From an uncultured Anaerolineae bacterium (GTDB taxonomy: Bacteria; Chloroflexota; Anaerolineae; B4-G1; SLSP01): a DNA stretch of 38,459 nucleotides. The stretch covers positions 1 to 38,459 of the forward strand of contig CBFCZM010000002.1 in the NCBI GenBank assembly GCA_965602565.1. The letters run 5' to 3'. The first letter of the stretch is position 1. Each line of letters begins with the position of its first letter. Under the pieces are notes generated by a model. That model had not been told where the DNA came from. It saw nothing but the letters and a program-made list of their open reading frames with translations, and did no database searches. The position numbers were made by a program, and so were the translations under genes. Below, in pieces: positions 17,937-26,338 of the stretch.

Positions 17937-18710
17937 TCAGCTGAGGCTCTGGCTGGGATTATAGCTGGTGCGTGTTGGACCGTCAAGAGATACAGGAATC
18001 GTCCGGGCCAGGCTGATGCGATTGGGCGTGACCCTGCAGCGTATTGCTCGTACCTGCACGCCTGCCCCTGCGGCAGCGCGGAGTGCATCGCCGAAGTCCG
18101 GATCAGTTCTGTCGTTGGGCGTGAAACATTCGGCGTCGCTGCGCTGCACAACGAAGATGATCAAAGCCTGGTCGCCCTGGCGCACAGCGGAAGTCAGTTC
18201 GTGGACATGTCGAGTTCCTCGGCGGGTGGGAGCATCCGGGAACTTCGCCAAATGCCCTTCGACCAAGGTCACAGATTTGGCCTCTATCCACAATTGCCGG
18301 TTGTCCTGGCTGCGCACCAGGAAATCGAGACGGCTCGTGCCGAGATGTGCTTCGGCGCGGACCACGGCGCCTCTATCTACCCACGGTAGGTGGCCGCCGC
18401 GTAAGGCCTGGGCTAGCAGCGCGTTGGGGAGATGAGCATTCAGCGAAACCAGTATCTCGCCATGCTCGATCAGGGCCAAGTCGTAGTCGGTCTGCCGATG
18501 TGGACGGTCGGCGGGCTTCAGCCACACGGTCCGGTTGGGAATCAGCAGTTCTCTTAGCCGCCCTGGGTTTGCCAGATGCGCGGCGGCCTGTTGCTGGCCG
18601 ACGCGGACCTCGACACGGAATCGGTTTGACCTTGTGAGGAAGGTTCCCTTCACAAGCGTGCCCGGATCCAGTCCGACTTCATCCAGGTTGCCGTGCAACG
18701 TGGTGTTCAT
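17937..18710 (-). CDS. sfsA: Sugar fermentation stimulation protein A homolog (SfsA, nuclease-fold DNA-binding protein)
   Basis: 'GTFLTRSNRFRVEVRV', 'IEAKSVTL' and 'FPDAPTRRGTRH' are typical of SfsA. The start is uncertain because no SD precedes 18710. Confidence 0.82.
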   Translation of the reverse strand: MNTTLHGNLDEVGLDPGTLVKGTFLTRSNRFRVEVRVGQQQAAAHLANPGRLRELLIPNRTVWLKPADRPHRQTDYDLALIEHGEILVSLNAHLPNALLAQALRGGHLPWVDRGAVVRAEAHLGTSRLDFLVRSQDNRQLWIEAKSVTLVEGHLAKFPDAPTRRGTRHVHELTSAVRQGDQALIIFVVQRSDAECFTPNDRTDPDFGDALRAAAGAGVQVRAIRCRVTPNRISLARTIPVSLDGPTRTSYNPSQSLS

Positions 18711-18977
18711 GAGCCGATTCTATCGGGGCCTGTCTGCCCGTCAATCTGTAACGTAAGCGATACCGTTCCTTAGCTGTGCGATGATTTCCGCTGTGATACA
18801 CTGATTTATGACTGCAAGGGGTGGGCTGGCATGCTCTGCCACAACATCGACCTGATGTCCGCGTCACGGACTCCTTCCCCCACCCGTCGATTCGTGCATC
18901 TGCACAGTTCAGTCGCTGTTTCTGTTTGAAACCGGTTATGTGTGGGACCCTACCGTGCACACACCATCTGCTCAGAG

Positions 18978-19007
18978 TTCGCCCCGATGCGGGTTTCGGG
19001 CTATAAT
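18978..19007 (+). promoter_or_regulatory. Candidate promoter of the tad/cpa operon (perfect -10 TATAAT at 19002-19007, weak -35)
   Basis: TATAAT lies 39 nt upstream of the cpaB ATG. The best -35 is only TTCGCC with an 18-nt spacer. Confidence 0.3.
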
Positions 19008-19045
19008 TGTCAGGGATCACGTTCTGGTCTAGTAAGGAGGCCCCT

Positions 19046-20170
19046 ATGCGCGGGAACAGAAGTCTGGTCATTATTGCGCTGGTATTGATCGTCCTGGCTG
19101 TCGTGGCCGGTGCGGTCTACTTCTACCTCAATATGATGGCCCCCGGGAGTGCGTCGGAATCTGACCTGGTGGCAACTCCGGAACTCGAGCAAGTGACCAT
19201 GACTGAGATAGTCGTGGCTATACAGAACATTCCTCGTGGTATGCCGATCAGTGTTGCTGATAACGCGATCTCGCTGCAGGAGTGGCCCAACGACAATCTA
19301 CCTTACGAGTACTATGCTTCCTTGGAAGAGGTCGATGGCAAGTACGCCCGGACGGAGATTCCCCGTGGTATGCCGGTTATGCCCGATATGGTGGGTCGCC
19401 CAGGCGGCATGCTATCGGTCAGTGGCTCTGCAGCAGCCTTGTTCGAGCCAGAGGACCGAGTTGCGTATGCGATACCCTTTGACACTCAGGGGGCCATCGG
19501 GTGGGCTGTGCAGCCAGGCGATCGGGTCGACGTGCTTGCGGCTTTGAACATCGAGCCCGTGTACACGGACTTCTTGGACGATGGTGTGAAGCAGTTCACT
19601 TACCTCCTCAGTGGCGAAGAGGGCGAGGCTGCTCAGTCTAGCCCTTACGGCGGTTTTGAACTGCTACCCAACGGTCAATGGGCAGCCATCTACCCCGTGG
19701 ATTCCCAACCTGCCGTGAATCCTGCGCTTCTCGTTCAGATGACAGTTCAGGACGCCGTGGTCTGGCATGTCGGCGTATGGGCTCAGGACGCTGGGTCTGG
19801 CGGTCAGCCAGACCTGGAATCCGATGCTGAGGCCGACGGTGTGGCGCCCTTAGCGGGTGGAGCCGCGGCTGCGCCGACACCTGTGCCCGTACCCGAGGAG
19901 GCTCGGGAGGTTGAACTTGTGACGCTGTTGGTGACGCGCGAGGATGCTTTGGTGCTCAAGTACCTCTTTGAAATGGGCGCAGATCTCGATCTGGCGCTGC
20001 GACCCGCCGGAGTGACGGGCACACTGCTGCAGACTCAACCAATCTGGTTCCGTTACATTCTCGACAAGTACCAGCTACCCGACTCAATGCCTGATGATGC
20101 TGTGGCACCCGTACAGGTTCATCCTCCTCTGGAAGCCCTTCCGGAGCCGGTTGAGGTACCGCAAGAGTAG
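19046..20170 (+). CDS. cpaB: Flp/Tad pilus assembly protein CpaB/RcpC-like (TM anchor plus SAF domain), with a long acidic/Pro-rich C-terminal extension
   Basis: AAGGAGG 6 nt upstream of the ATG at 19046. N-terminal TM 'LVIIALVLIVLAVVAGAVYF'. SAF-like 'VVAIQNIPRGMPIS'. First gene of the cpaE-cpaF-tadB-tadC operon. Confidence 0.75.
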   Translation: MRGNRSLVIIALVLIVLAVVAGAVYFYLNMMAPGSASESDLVATPELEQVTMTEIVVAIQNIPRGMPISVADNAISLQEWPNDNLPYEYYASLEEVDGKYARTEIPRGMPVMPDMVGRPGGMLSVSGSAAALFEPEDRVAYAIPFDTQGAIGWAVQPGDRVDVLAALNIEPVYTDFLDDGVKQFTYLLSGEEGEAAQSSPYGGFELLPNGQWAAIYPVDSQPAVNPALLVQMTVQDAVVWHVGVWAQDAGSGGQPDLESDAEADGVAPLAGGAAAAPTPVPVPEEAREVELVTLLVTREDALVLKYLFEMGADLDLALRPAGVTGTLLQTQPIWFRYILDKYQLPDSMPDDAVAPVQVHPPLEALPEPVEVPQE

Positions 20171-20234
20171 GGACTAGAACATAAGGGCCAGGGCTAGGAG
20201 AGCAGGGGCTAGGACTAGGAGAGTAGAGCCAAGT

Positions 20235-21524
20235 ATGCCGGAACGAGTCAAGGTAATGATTGTAGACGATATCGCTGGGACGCGAGAGCAGTTGCGCAAA
20301 CTGCTCTCGTTTGATCCTGATATCGATGTGGTGGCAATGGCAAGCTCGGGTGAGGAAGCTGTGAGTACTGTCGCAGAAGCCTATCCAGACATCGTCTTGA
20401 TGGATGTCAATCTTCCTGGAATGGATGGCATTGCTGCCACCGGGAAGATCATCGAGATCGTCCCTGCGGTTCAAGTGATCATGCTTTCGGTCCAGGGCGA
20501 GACGGATTACCTCCGTCGTGCTATGATGGCCGGGGCACGTGACTACCTGACGAAACCGCCCGGTGCTGATGAGTTGATGGACGCGATTCATCGTGCTTTT
20601 GCGTTGAAGCAGAAGATGGGCACTGGGATGCTGGGTCCTCTGCCCGAGGAGGACGCGCAGCGGACACAGGCTGAGGTATCTGGGGTGATGGACGCCAATG
20701 TCATCACGTTCTACAGCCCCAAGGGTGGGACGGGATGCACGACTCTGGCAGTGAACGCGGCTGTCGCCTTGCAGTCGATCCTGGGACCCGAGGCCAAGAT
20801 ATGCTTGGTAGATGCTAACCTGCAGTTCGGAGATGTGTCGATTTTCATGAAGCTGCAGCCGTCACGTACGTTGGCGGATCTGGCTCCGCTTGTTGGTGAC
20901 CTGCATCCGGATCTGCTTGACACGATCCTGGTGACACATAGCTCGGGAGTGAAGGTCTTGGTAGCACCGGCCTCGCCGGAAGAGGCGGAGATATTCCGGG
21001 AGTCCGGCACGGAAGACAGCGGCGCCAATGCAACCCTGCGGACCATCCTTCAGTTCGCCCGTCCACTCTTTGATTACATTATCGTCGATACGGCCCATCA
21101 AGTGGACGAGATTCTGCTAGCTGCGATGGATGTTTCGGACTTGCTTGTGGTCGTGACTCGGCCGGTGATCCCTGAAATCCGCGGTGCTCGGATGTACATG
21201 GACCTGCTGCGCAAGATTGGGTATGGCTTTGAGAGAGTTGGTTTGGTCATCAACAGCGTGGACAGTAAGCGGATGGGCATCCAACCGGAAGCGATTGAGC
21301 GTGCGATGATGCCGGCCCTTGCCCACGTGCCGATGGACGAGCGCACGGCGCTGCGTGCTGCCAACCTTGGTGAACCGGTGATGGTCAGGGGTGCTCGAAC
21401 CGCGATGGGGCAGGGCATTCTGAGGCTGTCCGAATTGCTTCACGAACGTGTTCACGTGGCAGCAGGCGAAGAGCCGCCGGAGGCCGAGACACAACGCCGC
21501 TCTGGCTTGGGCCGCCTGCTCTAG
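20235..21524 (+). CDS. cpaE: CpaE/TadZ-like MinD/ParA-family ATPase with an N-terminal response-regulator receiver domain
   Basis: REC motifs: 'VMIVDDIAGT', 'DIVLMDVNLPGMDG' and 'DYLTKPP'. Deviant Walker A region 'FYSPKGGTGCTT'. Confidence 0.82.
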   Translation: MPERVKVMIVDDIAGTREQLRKLLSFDPDIDVVAMASSGEEAVSTVAEAYPDIVLMDVNLPGMDGIAATGKIIEIVPAVQVIMLSVQGETDYLRRAMMAGARDYLTKPPGADELMDAIHRAFALKQKMGTGMLGPLPEEDAQRTQAEVSGVMDANVITFYSPKGGTGCTTLAVNAAVALQSILGPEAKICLVDANLQFGDVSIFMKLQPSRTLADLAPLVGDLHPDLLDTILVTHSSGVKVLVAPASPEEAEIFRESGTEDSGANATLRTILQFARPLFDYIIVDTAHQVDEILLAAMDVSDLLVVVTRPVIPEIRGARMYMDLLRKIGYGFERVGLVINSVDSKRMGIQPEAIERAMMPALAHVPMDERTALRAANLGEPVMVRGARTAMGQGILRLSELLHERVHVAAGEEPPEAETQRRSGLGRLL

Positions 21525-21563
21525 ATTGAGGTGTCGGATTGGCAAGGTTCAGTGAGGTGAGGC

Positions 21564-22964
21564 ATGTCGCTCTTGCGTAGGATTGAAAAGAAACCGAGAA
21601 GCACCTCGGACCAGCGTCAGAGGAGTCCGTCTTCTCCCCTGCCTGCGAGTTCTTCCGGCCAGGTTGTGCAACGTCGCTCAGTGCCACAAGCCCGCGATGC
21701 TTACATGGATCTCAAGAACCGAGTCCAGAACCGGTTGATCGCGGAGTTGGATCCTGCGATGGATGTATCTCAGACTGGTGAGGTGCGCGGCACGATCAAG
21801 GAGATGTATGATGAAATCCTCCAGGAGGAGAGCATCGTTCTGGGGCGGCGGGAAAGGGACGCGCTCTTCGAGCAAATCGTGGCTGAGATCCTGGGCTTGG
21901 GGCCGCTTGAGCCGCTGTTGGCAGATGAAACTATCAGTGAGATCATGGTCAATGGGCCCAAGAAGATATTCATCGAGCGTGATGGCAGGCTTCAGCGTGT
22001 GAATGTCACGTTTGAGTCAGATGAGCACTTGATGCGCATCATCGAGCGCATAGTGGCGCCGATGGGGCGACGTATTGACGAGAGCAGCCCCACTGTGCAC
22101 GCCAGGCTCAAGGATGGCTCACGTGTGAATGCCGTCATCCCCCCGATTTCTCTGCAAGGCCCGATTCTGACCATCCGCAAGTTCTTCAGGAGACCGCTGA
22201 CAGTGGAGGACTTGATTCGCTTGGGCACGGTGACGGAGGAGTCCATCGAGTTCCTCAGGGCAGCCGTTGTGGCGGCCATCAATGTGATAGTCTCAGGAGG
22301 CACCGGCACGGGCAAGACAACGTTCCTGAACATCCTCTCGAGTTACATTCCGTCAGACGAACGGATCATCACGATCGAGAACGCCGCGGAGTTGCAGCTC
22401 CGTCAGGAACACGTTGTCATCTTGGAGTCACGTCCCCCCAACGTTGAAGGTAAAGGACAGATTGATATTCGCGACCTGGTGATAAACTCACTGCGAATGC
22501 GCCCTGATCGGATTGTTGTTGGTGAGTGCCGTGGCGGCGAGGCCCTAGATATGTTGCAGGCCATGAATACCGGGCACGAGGGCAGTATGACGACGTTGCA
22601 TGCGAACAACACGCGCGATGCACTCTCCCGTCTGGAGACGATGGTGCTTATGTCCGGCATGGCGTTGCCTCACCGTGCGATCCGGGAGCAGGTGGCGGCC
22701 GCCATCGATCTGATCGTTCAGCTGTCGCGCATGCGAGATGGGTCTCGGCGTGTGATCTCCATCAGCGAGGTACAAGGTATGGAAGGTGATGTGATCACGA
22801 TGGCCGATATCTTCAAGTTCGAGCAAACCGGCTATGAGAATAACAGGGTCATTGGCCGGCTTCGCCCGACCGGAATCCGCCCGAAGTTCATGGATCGTAT
22901 TGAGCAAGCCGGTATCCGTCTGCCTCCGTCCATCTTCGGTGTTGCTCAGCGATTGCGTTACTGA
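21564..22964 (+). CDS. cpaF: Tad pilus secretion ATPase CpaF/TadA (VirB11/GspE superfamily)
   Basis: Walker A 'VSGGTGTGKTTFLN', 'IITIENAAEL', 'RMRPDRIVVGECRG' and 'GHEGSMTTLHAN'. Confidence 0.93.
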   Translation: MSLLRRIEKKPRSTSDQRQRSPSSPLPASSSGQVVQRRSVPQARDAYMDLKNRVQNRLIAELDPAMDVSQTGEVRGTIKEMYDEILQEESIVLGRRERDALFEQIVAEILGLGPLEPLLADETISEIMVNGPKKIFIERDGRLQRVNVTFESDEHLMRIIERIVAPMGRRIDESSPTVHARLKDGSRVNAVIPPISLQGPILTIRKFFRRPLTVEDLIRLGTVTEESIEFLRAAVVAAINVIVSGGTGTGKTTFLNILSSYIPSDERIITIENAAELQLRQEHVVILESRPPNVEGKGQIDIRDLVINSLRMRPDRIVVGECRGGEALDMLQAMNTGHEGSMTTLHANNTRDALSRLETMVLMSGMALPHRAIREQVAAAIDLIVQLSRMRDGSRRVISISEVQGMEGDVITMADIFKFEQTGYENNRVIGRLRPTGIRPKFMDRIEQAGIRLPPSIFGVAQRLRY

Positions 22965-23030
22965 CCCGAGCCCGCATTATCAGCCAATCCGGTGCCCGGA
23001 GTGGGCTTGGTTTGGAGGAGGTCGATCAGC

Positions 23031-23978
23031 ATGGGTTTCCTTGTCTTGGTCGGTGCGATACTGTTAATAGCCGTCATCCTCTTGGTGCTCGGTTTGTCCA
23101 GACGACCCACCGGACAGGCGCTGGTCGAAGAGCGGTTGGGGAACCAGGCAGCTGCTGTCCACGATACTCGAGTGGAGCAGCAAGGAGGGCCTGGCTTTGT
23201 AAGTACTGCTGTTGACCGGGCCGTCGCCGGTCGCGGTTTTGCGGCCAACTTGTCAACACAACTGGCTCGGGCAAACCTCAAAGTGACGGTCGGTGAGTTC
23301 CTGGTCCTGACCCTTCTTGTGTCGCTATCCCTTGGCCTGGCTGCTTTTGCCATCAAGCGCTACATGTTCATTCCCATCGGCGTCGTCGCGGGTTTCTTCC
23401 TTCCCCGTATCTATGTCGGCTCGCGTACAACCAAACGGCTCAAGGAATTCAACGACCTGCTCGGAGATTCACTCAACCTGATGGTCAACTCCCTGCGCGC
23501 AGGTTACAGCACGATGCAGGCCCTGGAGGTGATTTCCAACGAGATGCCTGCGCCGATTTCGGAGGAATATGGCCGGGTCGTTCTTGAGCTCCAATTGGGC
23601 GCCTCATTTGATACGGCAATGGGCAACTTGCTCCGGCGGATGCCCAGCCCGGACCTGGATTTGGTCATCACAGCGATGAGTGTACAGCGCGAAGTCGGCG
23701 GTAACTTGGCTGAGGTATTGGATGCGATCAGCTTCACCATCCGCGAGCGTGTCCGGATCAAGGGAGAGATCAAGATCCTGACGGCACAGGGGCGCGCTAC
23801 AGGCTTGCTGATCACGTTCCTGCCGGTTGTCCTGACCGGAGTGATCTCCTTGATCAATCCTGAGTTCACCGCCCCACTCTTCAGTGATCCATGTGGCTGG
23901 ATGATGTTGGGTGTGTCCGTCGTGCTGATTGTGGTCGGATACATCGTGATCAACAAGATCGTGAGCATAGAGGTCTGA
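23031..23978 (+). CDS. tadB: Tad pilus platform protein TadB (T2SS F-domain family)
   Basis: GspF-like domain with N- and C-terminal TM segments. I prefer the ATG at 23031, which has GGAGGAGG 9 nt upstream, over the GTG at 22992. Confidence 0.85.
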   Translation: MGFLVLVGAILLIAVILLVLGLSRRPTGQALVEERLGNQAAAVHDTRVEQQGGPGFVSTAVDRAVAGRGFAANLSTQLARANLKVTVGEFLVLTLLVSLSLGLAAFAIKRYMFIPIGVVAGFFLPRIYVGSRTTKRLKEFNDLLGDSLNLMVNSLRAGYSTMQALEVISNEMPAPISEEYGRVVLELQLGASFDTAMGNLLRRMPSPDLDLVITAMSVQREVGGNLAEVLDAISFTIRERVRIKGEIKILTAQGRATGLLITFLPVVLTGVISLINPEFTAPLFSDPCGWMMLGVSVVLIVVGYIVINKIVSIEV

Positions 23979-23988
23979 GGAGGACACG

Positions 23989-24921
23989 ATGGAGGCCGTA
24001 TTAGTCATTGCTGGATTCCTGGCCGTTGTCGTGGTAGTTGTACTGGTTGCCATGCGCAGCCGTGGCTCCGCACAAAGCGTGGAGGACCGGCTCAATGAAC
24101 TGGCTGCTCTGGGACAATCGGTGACGCTTGAGGAGTTGGAGCTCTCACAGCCGTTCAGCCAACGCGTGATTGTTCCGATGGTCGGAGCCTTGAGCAAGTT
24201 GGCACAGCGATTCACGCCGGCCAACACGCTTGAGTCAACCCGACACAAGCTGGTGCTCGCAGGTATTGGACACAAGGTCAAGGCTGCGCAGTTCCTCGGC
24301 TATCGCGTGGGGGCCGCGCTGCTGCTGGGTACGAGCTCGCTGCTGGTGGTCTTTGCTTCAGCCATGCCCTTTAGCCAGCGGCTGTTGATGATCCTTGTTG
24401 CCTTCATGATGGGGTATCTCCTACCCGGGACCTGGCTGGGTTCCAAGATCTCGGGACGGCAGGAGGAGATCATCAAAGCACTTCCCGATGCTCTGGATCT
24501 CCTGACTATCTGTATTGAGGCCGGCCTTGGGTTTGACGCCTCCATGCAGAAGGTGGCGGAGAAGTGGGACAACGAGCTGAGTCGCGCTTTCCAGCGCACT
24601 GTTCAGGAGATGCAGTTGGGCATATTGCGCCGCGAGGCTCTGCGCAGTATGGCAGACAGCATGGATGTCGCTGACATGACGACGTTCACCGCTGCGATAA
24701 TCCAGGCGGATCAGCTAGGTGTCAGCATGGCCAAGGTGATGCGGATCCAGTCTGACACGATGCGTATGAAGCGGCGACAGCGTGCCGAGGAGAAGGCCCG
24801 CCAAGCGCCGGTCAAGATGATGCTGCCGCTGGTATTCCTCATTTTCCCGACGATCTTGATCGTGCTGCTGGGGCCGGCCATGCTAAAGATCATGGAATCG
24901 GGGGTTTTCGGCAGTATCTAG
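23989..24921 (+). CDS. tadC: Tad pilus platform protein TadC (T2SS F-domain family)
   Basis: Paralogous GspF-like domain ('LPDALDLLTICIEAGLGFDASM'). Its RBS GAGGAGGA overlaps the tadB stop. Confidence 0.85.
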   Translation: MEAVLVIAGFLAVVVVVVLVAMRSRGSAQSVEDRLNELAALGQSVTLEELELSQPFSQRVIVPMVGALSKLAQRFTPANTLESTRHKLVLAGIGHKVKAAQFLGYRVGAALLLGTSSLLVVFASAMPFSQRLLMILVAFMMGYLLPGTWLGSKISGRQEEIIKALPDALDLLTICIEAGLGFDASMQKVAEKWDNELSRAFQRTVQEMQLGILRREALRSMADSMDVADMTTFTAAIIQADQLGVSMAKVMRIQSDTMRMKRRQRAEEKARQAPVKMMLPLVFLIFPTILIVLLGPAMLKIMESGVFGSI

Positions 24922-24931
24922 GTACCCCCAA

Positions 24932-24962
24932 GCTATCGTCTCAGCTCGCGATAGCCTCTTTG
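24932..24962 (+). terminator. Possible intrinsic terminator after tadC (GCTATCG-N10-CGATAGC followed by CTCTTTG)
   Basis: Perfect 7-bp stem seen directly, but the T-tract is short and interrupted. Confidence 0.35.
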
Positions 24963-24979
24963 CACAGGTTAGGTGTTGG

Positions 24980-25690
24980 GTGAAGCAGACGACGCTTGTC
25001 GCCAGACGACTCTATCGTCTCTTGCTCGATCTCATCCTCCCGCCCTGCTGCGTTGCGTGTGGTAGGGTCGAGACCTGGCTTTGCGATGGTTGTGCAGAGC
25101 AGATCCCCTTTGCTGACCGCCCCGTATGCCTGCGTTGCGGTGATGCGTGGGATGGACCAGGGCTATGTCAGCGTTGTCGTACCTCCCCGTTGCGTGTCGC
25201 GCCGATCAGATCGGTGTTTCTGTTCCAGGACGCTATCCGCGATGCCATCCACGCGCTGAAGTACCGCGGTGGCGTCCAGGTTGTTGATCCCTTGTCAAGA
25301 CGCATGGCTGAGGCTTGGCGTTGTTGGGGACTCAGCAGTGATCTTCTTGTACCGGTGCCGCTCTTTAGCGATCGTGAAGCACGCCGCGGTTACAACCAGT
25401 CCGTCTTGCTGGCACGAGCGCTCTCGACCCGAGTTGAGGTGCCGGTGAGTGAGACTATACTGTACAGGACAAGGGCGACAGCCTCTCAGACGCATCTGGG
25501 GAGACAGGAGCGTTGGGACAATGTGCGGGATGCCTTTGCGTGCTCGGAGGCACGTGATCTATCGGGATTCCGTATCACGTTGTTGGACGATGTGGCGACG
25601 TCAGGCGCTACATTGGATGCTTGTGCTGTGGCGTTGATGGCCCAGGGGGCCAGGACTGTGAGCGCACTCACCTTGGCACACGCTCTCTAG
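24980..25690 (+). CDS. comF: ComF-family protein (double zinc ribbon plus phosphoribosyltransferase domain, ComFC-like)
   Basis: 'CCVACG...CDGC...CLRCG...CQRC' and the PRT motif 'ITLLDDVATSGATL'. It sits immediately upstream of hpf, a commonly conserved arrangement. Confidence 0.85.
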   Translation: MKQTTLVARRLYRLLLDLILPPCCVACGRVETWLCDGCAEQIPFADRPVCLRCGDAWDGPGLCQRCRTSPLRVAPIRSVFLFQDAIRDAIHALKYRGGVQVVDPLSRRMAEAWRCWGLSSDLLVPVPLFSDREARRGYNQSVLLARALSTRVEVPVSETILYRTRATASQTHLGRQERWDNVRDAFACSEARDLSGFRITLLDDVATSGATLDACAVALMAQGARTVSALTLAHAL

Positions 25691-25721
25691 CCCCAATCCT
25701 AACACCAAGGAGGATTCACCT

Positions 25722-26276
25722 ATGGAAATGCTACAGATCTACTCTCGGAACCTGGAGTTGACCGATCGCTTGCGCGACTACGTTGAGGGCAAGACCTCCA
25801 AGCTCCAGCGGTACCTGCCGAATCTTGACAGCATCCGTGTTGATCTCTCCGAAAGCAATGCAAGGGATAGTTCTCGACGCATGGTTGCGCAGATCACGAT
25901 CTACGTCCCGAAAGCGATTCTCCGCGCTGAGGAACGAGCTGCCGATGTCTTTGCGGCTGTTGACCTGGTGATGGATAAGATGGCTCGTCGTGTGGAGCGC
26001 TACAAGGGGCGACGTCGGACGATGCGCCGCGCTCCAGAGCAGGCTGCGCTGGCCGACGCCCCGGTCCTGGAGGATGAAGAGCTGCTGGAGGATATGCCCA
26101 GCATTGCTCGGGTGAAGGAGTTTGAGGTCAGCTCAATCCTTCCCCACGAAGCAGTTGAGCAGATGGAACTGCTCGGGCACCAGTTCTTCCTGTTCGTTGA
26201 CGCCGATGATGGACGGCTCAGCGTGGTGTACCGGCGCGAGGATGGCGACTACGGCATCTTGAAACCGATGTACTAG
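25722..26276 (+). CDS. hpf: Ribosome hibernation-promoting factor, long form (S30AE/RaiA domain plus C-terminal dimerisation domain)
   Basis: 184 aa. AAGGAGG upstream. The C-terminal 'EAVEQMELLGHQFFLFVDADDGRLSVVYRREDGDYGIL' is typical of long HPF. Confidence 0.92.
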   Translation: MEMLQIYSRNLELTDRLRDYVEGKTSKLQRYLPNLDSIRVDLSESNARDSSRRMVAQITIYVPKAILRAEERAADVFAAVDLVMDKMARRVERYKGRRRTMRRAPEQAALADAPVLEDEELLEDMPSIARVKEFEVSSILPHEAVEQMELLGHQFFLFVDADDGRLSVVYRREDGDYGILKPMY

Positions 26277-26292
26277 ATGTAACCCGGCATAC

Positions 26293-26322
26293 AAAGAGGC
26301 GCCCTCACCGGGGCGCCTCTTT
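26293..26322. terminator. Bidirectional intrinsic terminator between the convergent hpf and lon genes
   Basis: Perfect 12-bp stem, AAAGAGGCGCCC-TCACCG-GGGCGCCTCTTT. The A-run and T-run within the arms can give a U-tract on either strand. Confidence 0.75.
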
Positions 26323-26338
26323 GCTCTTCAGCGCGCTA

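Noticed and set aside
19956-24281. Minus-strand ORFs of 211 aa (19956-20591), 154 aa (23504-23968) and 225 aa (23604-24281) inside the tad operon
   Set aside because: They are antisense to well-supported cpaB/cpaE and tadB/tadC frames and have no motifs.
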